From Gaiellales bacterium (lineage in GTDB: Bacteria; Actinomycetota; Thermoleophilia; Gaiellales; JAICJC01): a stretch of DNA of 64,000 bases. Below are positions 29,989-40,198 of the stretch, one piece after another. The translations under genes were made by a program, and so were the position numbers. The DNA lies in NCBI GenBank assembly GCA_038212095.1, contig JBBQUW010000010.1, forward strand, positions 11,084 through 75,083. The letters run 5' to 3'. The stretch's first letter is position 1. Every line of letters begins with the position of its first letter. The notes beneath the pieces were generated by a model. The model worked only from the letters and a program-made list of their open reading frames with translations, made no database searches and was not told the origin of the DNA.

Positions 29989-30017
29989 ACCGTACGTCAC
30001 GCGTCCACGAATTGCAA
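29989..30017 (-). promoter_or_regulatory. predicted promoter for leader copy 2
   Basis: The minus strand reads TTGCAA - 17 nt - TACGGT. The -10 box ends 6 nt before the first conserved leader nucleotide. Confidence 0.4.
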
Positions 30018-30057
30018 GCGCAGAAGCGGCGCCATATCGAGTGCCGCGGAGGAGTCG

Positions 30058-30513
30058 CTACGCTCGTCGTCGCGGGCCCAGCCCGGCGACCCAGAACACC
30101 AGGCCGACGAGGCCAACCAGGCCCAGCACGAGCGCCGAGAAGCCCCACAGCAGGCCGCGGTCGCCGCCGACGATCACGCCCACCACCAGCATCGCGATCG
30201 CCAGCACGCCGAACGCCTGGGTGGCGACGAACGGCCCCGGCAGCCCGGCCGGCGTGATCGGCGTCGCGGCACGGCTCAGCCGACTGGGATCGGCCTCGTC
30301 CTTGCGCCGGCTGCGCACGGCAAGCGCGACGATGCCGCCGAGCACCACCAGCACATAGATCACCTGTGACCAGAAGTCGCCCACCCAGTCCACCAGGTAT
30401 GTGAACAGCACGATCAGGCCGACCGCGGCGGCGGTTGCCCCCACCGCCACGCCGATCGACGTCTGCCAGTCGTACACCGCCGGCGGCTGTCGCTGCTCGC
30501 TCATCGCTGGCAA
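30058..30513 (-). CDS. integral membrane protein (4 predicted TM helices)
   Basis: 151 aa with hydrophobic stretches IGVAVGATAAAVGLIVLFTYLV, VIYVLVVLGGIVALAV, AFGVLAIAMLVVGVIVGG, GFSALVLGLVGLVGLVFWVAGL. Confidence 0.6.
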   Translation of the reverse strand: MPAMSEQRQPPAVYDWQTSIGVAVGATAAAVGLIVLFTYLVDWVGDFWSQVIYVLVVLGGIVALAVRSRRKDEADPSRLSRAATPITPAGLPGPFVATQAFGVLAIAMLVVGVIVGGDRGLLWGFSALVLGLVGLVGLVFWVAGLGPRRRA

Positions 30514-30553
30514 GATTACCGCAGGTCGTCGACGGCGCGGTGTGGCATCCCGT

Positions 30554-31570
30554 TCACCGCGTCCACGAGACCGAGCTGGGGTCGACGTGCGGCAACGTCA
30601 CGAAGTCGCCCGTCACCAGGTTGACCACCCGCAGCGCGCCTGGCAGCGCGACGGCCACGAAGCGGCCGTCCGGCGAGAACGCCAGCCCACGGCTGAGGGC
30701 TGGTACGGCCGGCGGGGGCTTCGCCGCGTCCATGGCAACAATTCTGGTCGCCCCGGTGATCTGGTACCCGATCGAGAGCCAGGCGCCGTCCGGCGAGACG
30801 CCGATCGCGTCCACCGTCCCCCGCGGCACCAGGTCGATGCGGGCGACGTTGCCGTTGGGATGCACCGTGACCAGCATCGTCCTGTTGGGAACGGCCCGAT
30901 CCGAGAGCGCCAGCACCAGCCCCGCCGGCGACTCCGCCATCGCGGTCACCTCCACCGACCGCCGCGAGCCGTGCACCAGCAGGGGCAGGGTGCGATCTAT
31001 CAGCCGCTGTCCCTGGCCGTAGACGTGGTGGCCGTCGCTGGTGATCAGACGCGAGCCGCGTGTCCAGGTCGCCGCGCATCGATGCCGCAGCGGCCGTTCG
31101 TACCGCGTCGGTGAGACCTGCAGGCGCATCACCTCGGGCTGCGCGCCCCGCGTCGCACAGAACGCCAGCGCTGAGCTGTCCGGCGCCCACGTTGGAGACG
31201 ATTCGAGGGTGGTCCTCCGCGGGAAGACGGACGTCAGGATCGAGCGCGCGCCATCCCGCGCCAGCAGCGCCGCCGTCGAGGTGCCGGCGGTGGCCAGTGC
31301 CACCCGTCCCGACGGCGCCGGCCACAGCCGGCAGTGACCCGTGCCGCCGCGCACCCGAGCGCCGCTTGGCAGCCGCACCAGTTCGACGCGACAGCCGGCG
31401 TCGACCCACCAGATCGTGCCTCGCGCGGAGCGCAGCAGGTCGGTGGCCGGGGTCGCCAGCCGCGGATCGTGGCTGACGTGGCTCGCCGTGCGCCCGTCCG
31501 ACGACCAGCTCAGCAGCGCCAGCGCACCGATCGCCGCGATGATCGCGACCGCGGCCCGCGGCACGACCAC
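30554..31570 (-). CDS. membrane-anchored PD40/TolB-like beta-propeller repeat protein
   Basis: N-terminal anchor AVAIIAAIGALALL. Repeated WAPDSSALAF, VSPDGAWLSIGY, FSPDGRFVAVAL motifs. Confidence 0.55.
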   Translation of the reverse strand: MVVPRAAVAIIAAIGALALLSWSSDGRTASHVSHDPRLATPATDLLRSARGTIWWVDAGCRVELVRLPSGARVRGGTGHCRLWPAPSGRVALATAGTSTAALLARDGARSILTSVFPRRTTLESSPTWAPDSSALAFCATRGAQPEVMRLQVSPTRYERPLRHRCAATWTRGSRLITSDGHHVYGQGQRLIDRTLPLLVHGSRRSVEVTAMAESPAGLVLALSDRAVPNRTMLVTVHPNGNVARIDLVPRGTVDAIGVSPDGAWLSIGYQITGATRIVAMDAAKPPPAVPALSRGLAFSPDGRFVAVALPGALRVVNLVTGDFVTLPHVDPSSVSWTR

Positions 31571-31578
31571 ACCTCGCC

Positions 31579-33165
31579 CTACGACTCGCCCAGGTACGCC
31601 TTGCGCACGCGCTCGTTGCTGGCAAGCGCGGCGGCGTCATCGCTGAGCGCGATGTGCCCTGTCTCGAGCACGTAGCCGCGTTGCGCGATGCCAAGCGCCA
31701 TCAGCGCGTTCTGCTCGACCAGCAGGATCGCTGTGCCCTCCTTGTTGATCTCGAGGATGATCTCGAAGATCTTCTCGACCAGGATCGGGGCCAGGCCCAG
31801 CGACGGCTCGTCCAGCAGCAGCAGCTTGGGCCGAGCCATCAGCGCGCGTCCGATCGCGCACATCTGCTGCTCGCCGCCAGACAGCGTGCCGGCCTTCTGC
31901 GCCCGCCGCTCCTGCAGGCGCGGGAACAGCTCGTAGACATGGTTGATGTCCTTCTCGATCTCGGCCCGGTCGTTGCGCTGGAAGGCGCCCATCTCGAGGT
32001 TCTCGCGCACGGTCATGCGCGGGAACAGCCGCCGCCCCTCGGGTGACTGGCTGATGCCGCGTTTGACGATGTCGTGCGGCGCCATGTCGCGGATGTTCTG
32101 CCCGCCGAACGTGATCGTGCCACGCTTCGGGCGCGTGATGCCCTGGATCGAACGCAGCGTCGTCGACTTGCCCGCGCCGTTGGCGCCGATCAGGGTCACG
32201 ATCTCGCCCTCGTGCACGGTCAGCGAGATGCCCTTCACGGCCTCGATCCGGCCGTAGTAGGTGTGCACGTCGTCCAGCTCGAGCAGCGGCGAGCCGGTGA
32301 TGTCGACCGGGGGCGGCCGGTGCGACACGACCTCGATCTGCGGGTCGTTCTCGAGCGCGCGGTCGGGGTTGCCGGGGTGTCCCGCCTGGCCGGCCGCGCC
32401 GGCTCCCAGGTAGGCCTCGATCACGCGTTCGTCGGCCTGCACCTCGCTGGGCGAGCCCTCGGCGATCTTCTCGCCCCGGTCGAGCACGGTGACGCGGTCG
32501 GAGACGCCCATCACGACCTTCATGTCGTGCTCGATCATCAGCACGGTCATGCCGCGGTCATCCCGCAGCTTGGCGACGAAGGCCGTGAAGTCGGCGCTCT
32601 CCTGCGGGTTCATGCCCGCGGTCGGCTCGTCCAGCAGCAGCAGCTTGGGGTCGGTGGCAAGCGCCCGCGCCACCTCCAGCCGGCGCTGGTCGCCGTAGGA
32701 GAGGTTCATCGCGTACTCCTCGTCGACCTTGTCGGGCAGCGCGCAGTAGCGCAGGATCTCGCGCGCCTTCTCGGCCGACTCTCGCTCCTCGCGGCGTACG
32801 GCCGGCGTGCGCAGGATGCTGCCGACGATACCGCCCTTGGTGCGGCTGTGCATGCCCACCAGCACGTTCTCGAGCGAGCTCATCGTCTGGAACAGGCGGA
32901 TGTTCTGGAACGTGCGGCCGATGCCGAGTTGGGTGATCGCGTGCGCCGGCAGCCCCGCCACCTCCTTGCCGTCGAAGATCACCTCGCCGGAAGTAGGCGT
33001 GTAGGCACCGGTCAGCATGTTGAAGAAGGTTGTCTTGCCGGCGCCGTTGGGGCCGATCAGGCTGACGATGCTGCCCTGCGGCACCGTGAAGTTGACGTCG
33101 TTGCAGGCCACCAGGCCGCCGAACTCCTTGCGCACCATGCGCGCCTCAAGCAGGTTGTCACTCAT
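31579..33165 (-). CDS. branched-chain amino acid ABC transporter, fused LivG-LivF ATP-binding protein
   Basis: Two complete ABC cassettes in one ORF: GPNGAGKTT...LSYGDQRRLEVAR...LLLDEPTAGM, then GANGAGKST...LSGGEQQMCAIGR...LLLDEPSLGL. Start taken at ATG 33165 (MSDNLLEARMVRKEF); ATG 33180 is also possible. Confidence 0.9.
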   Translation of the reverse strand: MSDNLLEARMVRKEFGGLVACNDVNFTVPQGSIVSLIGPNGAGKTTFFNMLTGAYTPTSGEVIFDGKEVAGLPAHAITQLGIGRTFQNIRLFQTMSSLENVLVGMHSRTKGGIVGSILRTPAVRREERESAEKAREILRYCALPDKVDEEYAMNLSYGDQRRLEVARALATDPKLLLLDEPTAGMNPQESADFTAFVAKLRDDRGMTVLMIEHDMKVVMGVSDRVTVLDRGEKIAEGSPSEVQADERVIEAYLGAGAAGQAGHPGNPDRALENDPQIEVVSHRPPPVDITGSPLLELDDVHTYYGRIEAVKGISLTVHEGEIVTLIGANGAGKSTTLRSIQGITRPKRGTITFGGQNIRDMAPHDIVKRGISQSPEGRRLFPRMTVRENLEMGAFQRNDRAEIEKDINHVYELFPRLQERRAQKAGTLSGGEQQMCAIGRALMARPKLLLLDEPSLGLAPILVEKIFEIILEINKEGTAILLVEQNALMALGIAQRGYVLETGHIALSDDAAALASNERVRKAYLGES

Positions 33166-34348
33166 GCTCGGCAACCGCATGGCCGACGTCGACGCCCTCG
33201 GCGGCCGCCCGGAACTCGACTCGCCGCCGACGGCTGGGGATCAGCCCCTCGGGGCGCAGCAGCATCATGATCACGATGATGCCGCCGAAGAAGCCGTAGG
33301 AGTAGGTCGAGATATCGATGTTGAGCTGCCGACCGATCGCCGCCAGACCCTGGTAGTTGAGGTACGTCAGCACCACCGCGCCCAGCATCACGCCCCACAC
33401 GTTGCCCATGCCGCCCAGGATCACCATGCACAGCACGAAGATCGAGATGTTGAGCGAGAAGTCGCCGGGGAAGGTGGAGTTCTTCTCGATCGCATAGAAG
33501 CAGCCCGCCATGCCGCCGAAGAAGGCGCCGATCGCGTATGCCCAGGTCTTGGTGCGCATCAGCGGCACGCCCATCGCGGCGGCCGCGATCTCGTCCTCGC
33601 GGATCGCCACCCATGCCCGCCCCAGCCGCGAGTCGCGCAGCCGGATGCAGCAGAACAGCGTGAATGCGACCAGCGCCAGGCCGGTGTAGTAGTAGTAGTC
33701 AAGGTAGTTGATCTCGTTGTGGTAGTTGGCTGGCAGGAACGAGACCACGTTGTGGATGCTGGTGCCAAAGCCCAGCTGGTCGATCGGCGTCAGGCCGTTG
33801 GGGCCGTTGGTGACGTTGCGGCCGAACACGTTGTCACCATTGTTGACGGCCTGCGGGATGATCTCGCCGAAGCCGAGCGTGACGATCGCGAGGTAGTCAC
33901 CGCGCAGCCGCAGCGTGGGCAGGCCGATCGCTATGCCGAGCACGGCGGCGAACGCGGCCCCCAGCGCCAGCAGCAGCCAGACGCTGATGTGGATGCCGGG
34001 CAGGATCTGCGGCACCGCCACCGGCAGGAAGTGGAACTTCCACTGGAAGGTGGTGTTGGCGAACTGCTGGGTCGCGAACATGCCGGCGATGTACGAGCCG
34101 GCGGCGTAGAACGCGACGTAGCCGAGGTCGAGCAGACCGGCGTAGCCGACCACGACGTTCAGTCCCAGCGCCATCATCGCGAACACGCACATCTGCACCA
34201 TCACGCCCATCTGCGGGAACCACTGCACCGGCAGCTGCGTGACGTACTTGGGATACAGCACGAACAGCGCAACCACGACCGCGGGTACCGCCAGCCGACG
34301 CACAGCCCACGGCAGCCTGTACCAGGACTCCGAGAGCGAGTGCTTCAT
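33158..34348 (-). CDS. branched-chain amino acid ABC transporter permease (LivM-type)
   Basis: Track ORF trimmed to ATG 34348 (MKHSLSESWYRLPW...), which overlaps the LivH-type stop as ATGA. Contains GLNVVVGYAGLLDLGYVAFYAAG and RLGRAWVAIREDEIAAAAMG. Confidence 0.9.
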   Translation of the reverse strand: MKHSLSESWYRLPWAVRRLAVPAVVVALFVLYPKYVTQLPVQWFPQMGVMVQMCVFAMMALGLNVVVGYAGLLDLGYVAFYAAGSYIAGMFATQQFANTTFQWKFHFLPVAVPQILPGIHISVWLLLALGAAFAAVLGIAIGLPTLRLRGDYLAIVTLGFGEIIPQAVNNGDNVFGRNVTNGPNGLTPIDQLGFGTSIHNVVSFLPANYHNEINYLDYYYYTGLALVAFTLFCCIRLRDSRLGRAWVAIREDEIAAAAMGVPLMRTKTWAYAIGAFFGGMAGCFYAIEKNSTFPGDFSLNISIFVLCMVILGGMGNVWGVMLGAVVLTYLNYQGLAAIGRQLNIDISTYSYGFFGGIIVIMMLLRPEGLIPSRRRRVEFRAAAEGVDVGHAVAEHE

Positions 34349-35418
34349 GCTCTGTCCGCCGTCGCCTCGCCCAGCAGACCCTGCGGACGGAAGACCAGGA
34401 TCAGGATCAGCACCGCGAACACCACCGACTGCGTCCAGCTCGACCCCGGCACGTGCCAGGAGAGGCCATCGTTGCCGGCCTGCAGCAGGCCGATGATGAA
34501 GGCGCCCAGGGCGGCGCCGTTGAGGTTGCCTATGCCGCCCAGCACGGCCGCGGTGAACGCGAACAGGCCGAGCTGGAAGCCGAGGTCGTAGCGGGTCGAG
34601 GTCTGCCACAGCACCCACAGCGTCCCGCCTGCGCCGGCCAGCACGCCGCCCAGCGCGAACGTGAACGAGATCGTGCGGTCGACGTCGATGCCCATCATGC
34701 GCGCGGCGTCGGTGTCCTGGGCCACTGCCCGCATCGCCTTGCCCTGGCGGGTGCTGCGCACCAGGTAGACCAGCGCCGCCAGCACCGGCAGCGTGATCAG
34801 GACAACGATCAGGTTCTTCTGGGCGTAGCCGTAGATACCGATCGTGAACAGGTGGTGGCTGGAGTCCGGCAGCACGTTGTCGGCGGTCTGCTCGCTGGGG
34901 CCGTAGAATTTCAGTGCCAGCGTCTGAAGGATGAACGACATGCCGATCGCGGTGATCAGCGGCGCCAGCTTGGGAGCGGAGCGCAGCGGCTTGTAGACCA
35001 GCCGCTCGATGATCACGTTGCCGGTACCGCACAGCGCCATCGCGCCGGCCATCGTCACCAGGAGCAGCAGCGCGGTCACGATGCCACTCTGGCTTCCGTC
35101 CAGCCCGAGCGTCGAGACGCCGATCGTGACGGCGAACATCGAGCCCCACATGAACACGTCGCCGTGGGCGAAGTTGATCAGCTCGATGATGCCGTACACC
35201 AGCGTGTAGCCCAGCGCCACAAGGCAGTACATCGACCCCAGCGTGATGCCGGTCAGCATCACGCTGACGAACTGGCGCCAGTCCTGGATGGCGTTGCCTA
35301 TTAGCACGATCGCGACCATGCCGACCACCACCACGCCCATCACCAGGTTGAGGTTCTTGGCCAGAGCGGGGAGCGCCGCCAGCTTCGGCCGACCGGACGC
35401 TGGACTGTCAGTCGCCAC
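34345..35418 (-). CDS. branched-chain amino acid ABC transporter permease (LivH-type)
   Basis: 357 aa with GSMYCLVALGYTLVYGIIELINFAHGD and GKAMRAVAQDTDAARMMGI. Confidence 0.9.
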   Translation of the reverse strand: MATDSPASGRPKLAALPALAKNLNLVMGVVVVGMVAIVLIGNAIQDWRQFVSVMLTGITLGSMYCLVALGYTLVYGIIELINFAHGDVFMWGSMFAVTIGVSTLGLDGSQSGIVTALLLLVTMAGAMALCGTGNVIIERLVYKPLRSAPKLAPLITAIGMSFILQTLALKFYGPSEQTADNVLPDSSHHLFTIGIYGYAQKNLIVVLITLPVLAALVYLVRSTRQGKAMRAVAQDTDAARMMGIDVDRTISFTFALGGVLAGAGGTLWVLWQTSTRYDLGFQLGLFAFTAAVLGGIGNLNGAALGAFIIGLLQAGNDGLSWHVPGSSWTQSVVFAVLILILVFRPQGLLGEATADRA

Positions 35419-35496
35419 GGCGGCGCCCCCCGGTCAATGGCTGGTCGAGCCCACGGAATCCGTGGTATCTGGACGACGTGGGCTCGACCGTGTGCA

Positions 35497-36828
35497 CTAG
35501 CCCGTCTCCACCAGGCTCTTCGGTGGCGTGATCACCTGGGCATTGCCCAGCTGGCCGCCGACCGCCTGGTAGATCGTCATCGAGCCCTGGTTGGTGTCAC
35601 CGTTGGCGTCGATGGCGAAGTCACCCAGCACCGTGCCGGTCAGCTGGATGCCGAACAGGTTGGACGAGACCGATGCGCGGGTGCCGTCGGAGGCCGCGAT
35701 GGCCTGCAGGAGCACCTCGGTGGCGGCGGCCGCGTACGGCGTGTACGGGTCGACGGCATCGGGGCTGTACTTGGCCTTGAAGTCCGACAGGAACGTCGAA
35801 CCGGCACCGGTCAGCTGATCGACGGGAACGCCGCCGACCGACATGTAGGCACCTTCAGCGATCTTCGCGCCGGAGTCCGTGATCGTGGACTGGGTCGTGA
35901 ACCCGTCCGGCAGCAGCAGCTTCACTCCGCTGTTGGCGCCGAGCACCGCGACCTTGTCCTTGATCAGCTGGCCACCGTTCTCGCAGATCAGGCCACCGAC
36001 CATGATCGCGTCCGGATGCTTGGACGCGATGCCCTGGAACAGGGCCTGGTAATTGGTACCGGTCTTGGTGTTGTACGCGTCGTTGCCGAGCACGGTGATG
36101 CCGAGCTTCTTGGCGGCATCCTCGAAGTAGTGCGCGACGCCGGCACCGTAGGCCTGCTTGTCGTTGATGATGTACACGGTCTTCACGTTCAGCTTCTGGG
36201 CGAGCAGCGCGAGCGCCGGTCCCTGGAAGTTGTCCGCGGGGATCACACGAGCGTAGTTGCGGGTGCCCGACGGGTAGTACTTGAGGGGCTCCGCGGGATC
36301 AGACGTCGTTTTCTGGGTCAGTCCGGGCCACGTGTTGGCCGGGCTGACGAACGCCAGCGCGCCACCGGGGGCCTGGTTGGCCACCGGCACCTCGAGCTCG
36401 GCACAGCCCGAGTTGAAGGTACCGATCACGCCGATCACCGATGGCGTGGTGGCGTATGCGTTGGCGTTTGCCGAGCATGTCGCCGAGTCCCACGATCCCA
36501 GCTGTGCCGTTGAGTCGTCGCAGGCCTGGAACTGCAGGGTCTTGTCGCCGGCCTTCCAGTGATGCTGCTCGAGCACCAGCTGGATCGCCTGGTTCATCTG
36601 CACCGTCTGGTGCTGGGATGAGCCCTGCAGCGGGAAGTCCGACGCGATCGTGTACTTGCCACTGCCAACGACGTTCTGGCAGGTGGAGGCGGTGATTCCG
36701 GCACTGCCTCCGCTACCACCTCCGGTGCCACCTGAGCCACCGCCGCTACTGCTGCCACAGCCCGCTGCGAACGCGAGCCCAGCCAGCAGCGCCGCGGCCG
36801 CTAAGGCACGGCTTCGTACCGATTTCAT
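35497..36828 (-). CDS. branched-chain amino acid ABC transporter substrate-binding lipoprotein (LivJ/K-type)
   Basis: Trimmed to ATG 36828, 7 nt after GGAGGGA. The signal and lipobox are MKSVRSRALAAAALLAGLAFAAGCGSSSGG. The body is Peripla_BP_6-like. Confidence 0.9.
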   Translation of the reverse strand: MKSVRSRALAAAALLAGLAFAAGCGSSSGGGSGGTGGGSGGSAGITASTCQNVVGSGKYTIASDFPLQGSSQHQTVQMNQAIQLVLEQHHWKAGDKTLQFQACDDSTAQLGSWDSATCSANANAYATTPSVIGVIGTFNSGCAELEVPVANQAPGGALAFVSPANTWPGLTQKTTSDPAEPLKYYPSGTRNYARVIPADNFQGPALALLAQKLNVKTVYIINDKQAYGAGVAHYFEDAAKKLGITVLGNDAYNTKTGTNYQALFQGIASKHPDAIMVGGLICENGGQLIKDKVAVLGANSGVKLLLPDGFTTQSTITDSGAKIAEGAYMSVGGVPVDQLTGAGSTFLSDFKAKYSPDAVDPYTPYAAAATEVLLQAIAASDGTRASVSSNLFGIQLTGTVLGDFAIDANGDTNQGSMTIYQAVGGQLGNAQVITPPKSLVETG

Positions 36829-36907
36829 CTGCATTCCCTCCGTGGTTTGTTGACCTCTGACGCTTGGTGGCGCACGCCGCACCGCCGAAGGGGTGTAATT
36901 ATCACCC

Positions 36908-37546
36908 ATGGCGCACGGATACAAGAGTCGGAGAACCCTTTCGCTCACAAGTGCGCACGGCCGCTGCGCATTTCTCTCGATCGCGGCCATCCTGCTGGCG
37001 GCCTGTGCGGGTTGCGGCGGATCGAGCAGCGCGGCTACGGCACCGCCGCCCTCCTCGGCCGCGCCGCCCCACGTCTGCCCGATCGAGTGGGCAGCCGGCT
37101 GGCAGCGGTGGACGAACCAGATCGGAGCGGTCGTCTACTGCCCGACCTTCTTCCCCGGGCCGTTGACGGCCGAGATCGGCGGTCAGTGGAACACGGCCAA
37201 GGCGCCCGGCAAGGAGTGGCAGCTGGGGTACGCCTGGCTGGAGCACGGCCAGCTGGTGCACGTCGTCTTCGAGGGCTACCCGGAGGCCCGCTGGCCGCCC
37301 ACCTGTCCCGGCCAGCCCTGCTTTGCCCACGTCGTCGACCACCAGCGGATCGGCGCCTTCGACGTCACCTGGTACGACCGCAACTCGGCCTCGCACTGGC
37401 ACCACCTGGCCGGCGTGTTCCACGCCGGCGGCGACGTCTACGTCGTCAGCATGCACATCATCACGCCGTATGACACCGAGGCGAAGGTGCGCGCTGCTCT
37501 CACCAAGACGATCGCCGGCCTTGTCCCGTTGCACCCGGCGGGATAG
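36908..37546 (+). CDS. hypothetical lipoprotein
   Basis: 212 aa with signal/lipobox FLSIAAILLAACAGCGGSS. No family recognised. Confidence 0.55.
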   Translation: MAHGYKSRRTLSLTSAHGRCAFLSIAAILLAACAGCGGSSSAATAPPPSSAAPPHVCPIEWAAGWQRWTNQIGAVVYCPTFFPGPLTAEIGGQWNTAKAPGKEWQLGYAWLEHGQLVHVVFEGYPEARWPPTCPGQPCFAHVVDHQRIGAFDVTWYDRNSASHWHHLAGVFHAGGDVYVVSMHIITPYDTEAKVRAALTKTIAGLVPLHPAG

Positions 37547-37559
37547 GCTGCCGCGGGCC

Positions 37560-38669
<1,110 letters not shown>

Positions 38670-38682
38670 GCCTGCCCGGCCG

Positions 38683-39153
38683 ATGATCCGCCCGCTGGTC
38701 GGCGACGACCGGGTTTGGCTGGCCGGGTTCGCGCGCGAGCGATGGGGCTCGCCTCTGGTCGTCGCTGATGGGCGGGCGCACCGCATCGACGAGCTGCCCG
38801 GCTTCGTCGCGCCTGAGGCCGGGCGGGTGGTGGGACTGCTCACCTACCTGATCGAGGACGATCGCTGCCACGTCGTCTCGCTGGACGCGGTCGACCAGGG
38901 CCGCGGCATCGGCAGCGCGTTGCTGGAGCGGCTGGTCGACGCCGCGGGTGAGGCCGGCTGCGGGCGGGTCGAGCTGATCACCACCAACGACAACGTGCGC
39001 GCGCTGCGCTTCTACCAGCGGCGCGGCTTCCGGCTGGCAGCGCTGCACGCCGGTGCGCTGGAGCGATCGCGCGAGCTGAAGCCCGAGATCCCGCTGGTTG
39101 GCGAGCACGGCATCCCGCTGCGCGACGAGCTGCTGCTCGTGCGCGACCTCTAG
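38683..39153 (+). CDS. GNAT-family N-acetyltransferase
   Basis: Trimmed to ATG 38683 (MIRPLVGDDRVW...). Acetyl-CoA motif A: QGRGIGSALLERLVDAAGEAGCGRVELITTNDNVRALRFYQRRGF. Confidence 0.8.
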   Translation: MIRPLVGDDRVWLAGFARERWGSPLVVADGRAHRIDELPGFVAPEAGRVVGLLTYLIEDDRCHVVSLDAVDQGRGIGSALLERLVDAAGEAGCGRVELITTNDNVRALRFYQRRGFRLAALHAGALERSRELKPEIPLVGEHGIPLRDELLLVRDL

Positions 39154-40184
39154 CGCCGCGACCACAGCGAGAGCGAGAACTCGTTCGCATCGTCGGTCCA
39201 GAACCGCACCGCGGCGAGGCCGGCCACCGCCATCTCGGCCACCAGCCCGTCGCGCCGGAACTTGGCGCTGATCTCGGTCTGGAGCTTCTCGCCCTCGCCG
39301 AACTCGACCGTCATGTCCAGCTCGGCCAGCGTCACGACCTGGCGCTGGAGCGAGACGAGGCCGATCTCCATCCACTCGTTGCGGTCGTCCCACACGGCCT
39401 CGTGGCGGAACCGGCGCACCTCGAAGTCGGCTCCCAGCTCGCGGTTCAGCATCGTCAGCAGGTTGAGGCTGAAGCGCGCGCTGAAGCCGCCCGGATCGTC
39501 GTAGGCCGCCTCCAGCTGCGCCCGCGGCTTGATCAGGTCGGCGCCCAACAGCAGCATGTCGTCGTCATCCAGCGAGCGCGCCAGTCCGGCCAGCAGGCGC
39601 GCACGACCGTCCGGCTGCAGGTTGCCGATCGTGCCACCCAAAAACGCCACCAGCCGCCGGCCGGTGCGCGGCAGCGCGTCCAGGTGGCGCTCGAAGTCAC
39701 CAACGATGCCGCGCACCTCGATGCCGGGGTACTCGCGCAGGATCGCCTCGGCCGACTCGCGCAGGATCGTTTCGGACACGTCGAACGGCACGAACCGTCT
39801 CAGCCTGCCGCCGGCGGCCAGCGCGGTCAGCAGCAACCGCGTCTTCTCACCGGTGCCTGATCCCAGCTCGATCAGCGTGTCGGCCTGCGTCAACGCCGCG
39901 ATCTCGTCCACTCGTGCCACCAGGATCTCGCGCTCGCGCCGGGTCGGGTAATACTCCGGCATGCGCGTGATCTGGTCGAACAGGAGCGACCCGGCCTCGT
40001 CGTAGTGCCACTTGGCGGGCAGCCGCTTGGGACTGTCCCCCAGGCCGCTTCGGACGTCCTCGCGTAGCGACGCGCGCAGCGCTCCGGTAGCGAGCCGGAC
40101 GTCGATGTGCAGCTGGTCGCCGGCGCGGATCATTCCCTGAAGTGTAGGTTCGCCCGGCCTGGTCGCCACGGCGCCGTCCTGCAT
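39150..40184 (-). CDS. egtD: EgtD-like L-histidine N(alpha)-methyltransferase (DUF2260 / EasF-type methyltransferase)
   Basis: LPAKWHYDEAGSLLFDQITRMPEYYPTRREREIL, LIELGSGTGEKT, FLGGTIGNL, AYDDPGGFSARFSLNLL, EISAKF all match the EgtD pattern. The start may be ATG 40133 (MIRAGDQLHIDV). Confidence 0.75.
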   Translation of the reverse strand: MQDGAVATRPGEPTLQGMIRAGDQLHIDVRLATGALRASLREDVRSGLGDSPKRLPAKWHYDEAGSLLFDQITRMPEYYPTRREREILVARVDEIAALTQADTLIELGSGTGEKTRLLLTALAAGGRLRRFVPFDVSETILRESAEAILREYPGIEVRGIVGDFERHLDALPRTGRRLVAFLGGTIGNLQPDGRARLLAGLARSLDDDDMLLLGADLIKPRAQLEAAYDDPGGFSARFSLNLLTMLNRELGADFEVRRFRHEAVWDDRNEWMEIGLVSLQRQVVTLAELDMTVEFGEGEKLQTEISAKFRRDGLVAEMAVAGLAAVRFWTDDANEFSLSLWSRR

Positions 40185-40198
40185 CTACTCTGAGAGCT

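Noticed and set aside
29234-29990. ORFs 29234-29425 (-) and 29802-29990 (-) with similar translations (…SRLKP.GR… / …RQAGAANL…) covering the two repeated leaders.
   Set aside because: The differences between the copies are paired and structure-preserving rather than synonymous. The ORFs have no SD and run out of frame into the downstream genes. An RNA-level explanation fits better than a duplicated small protein.
29250-30057. Assigning the twin leaders to a known riboswitch class (c-di-AMP ydaO, ykkC/guanidine-I and its NUDIX-linked subtype 2c, glycine, ZTP, GEMM-I).
   Set aside because: Only short strings coincide with the consensus sequences I remember (for example GGGACAAAAG.., UAGG.UU..CCG, GGGGCAACCCGAAGG). 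The helix order and junctions do not match. I leave the class open rather than naming one, and an Rfam scan is required.
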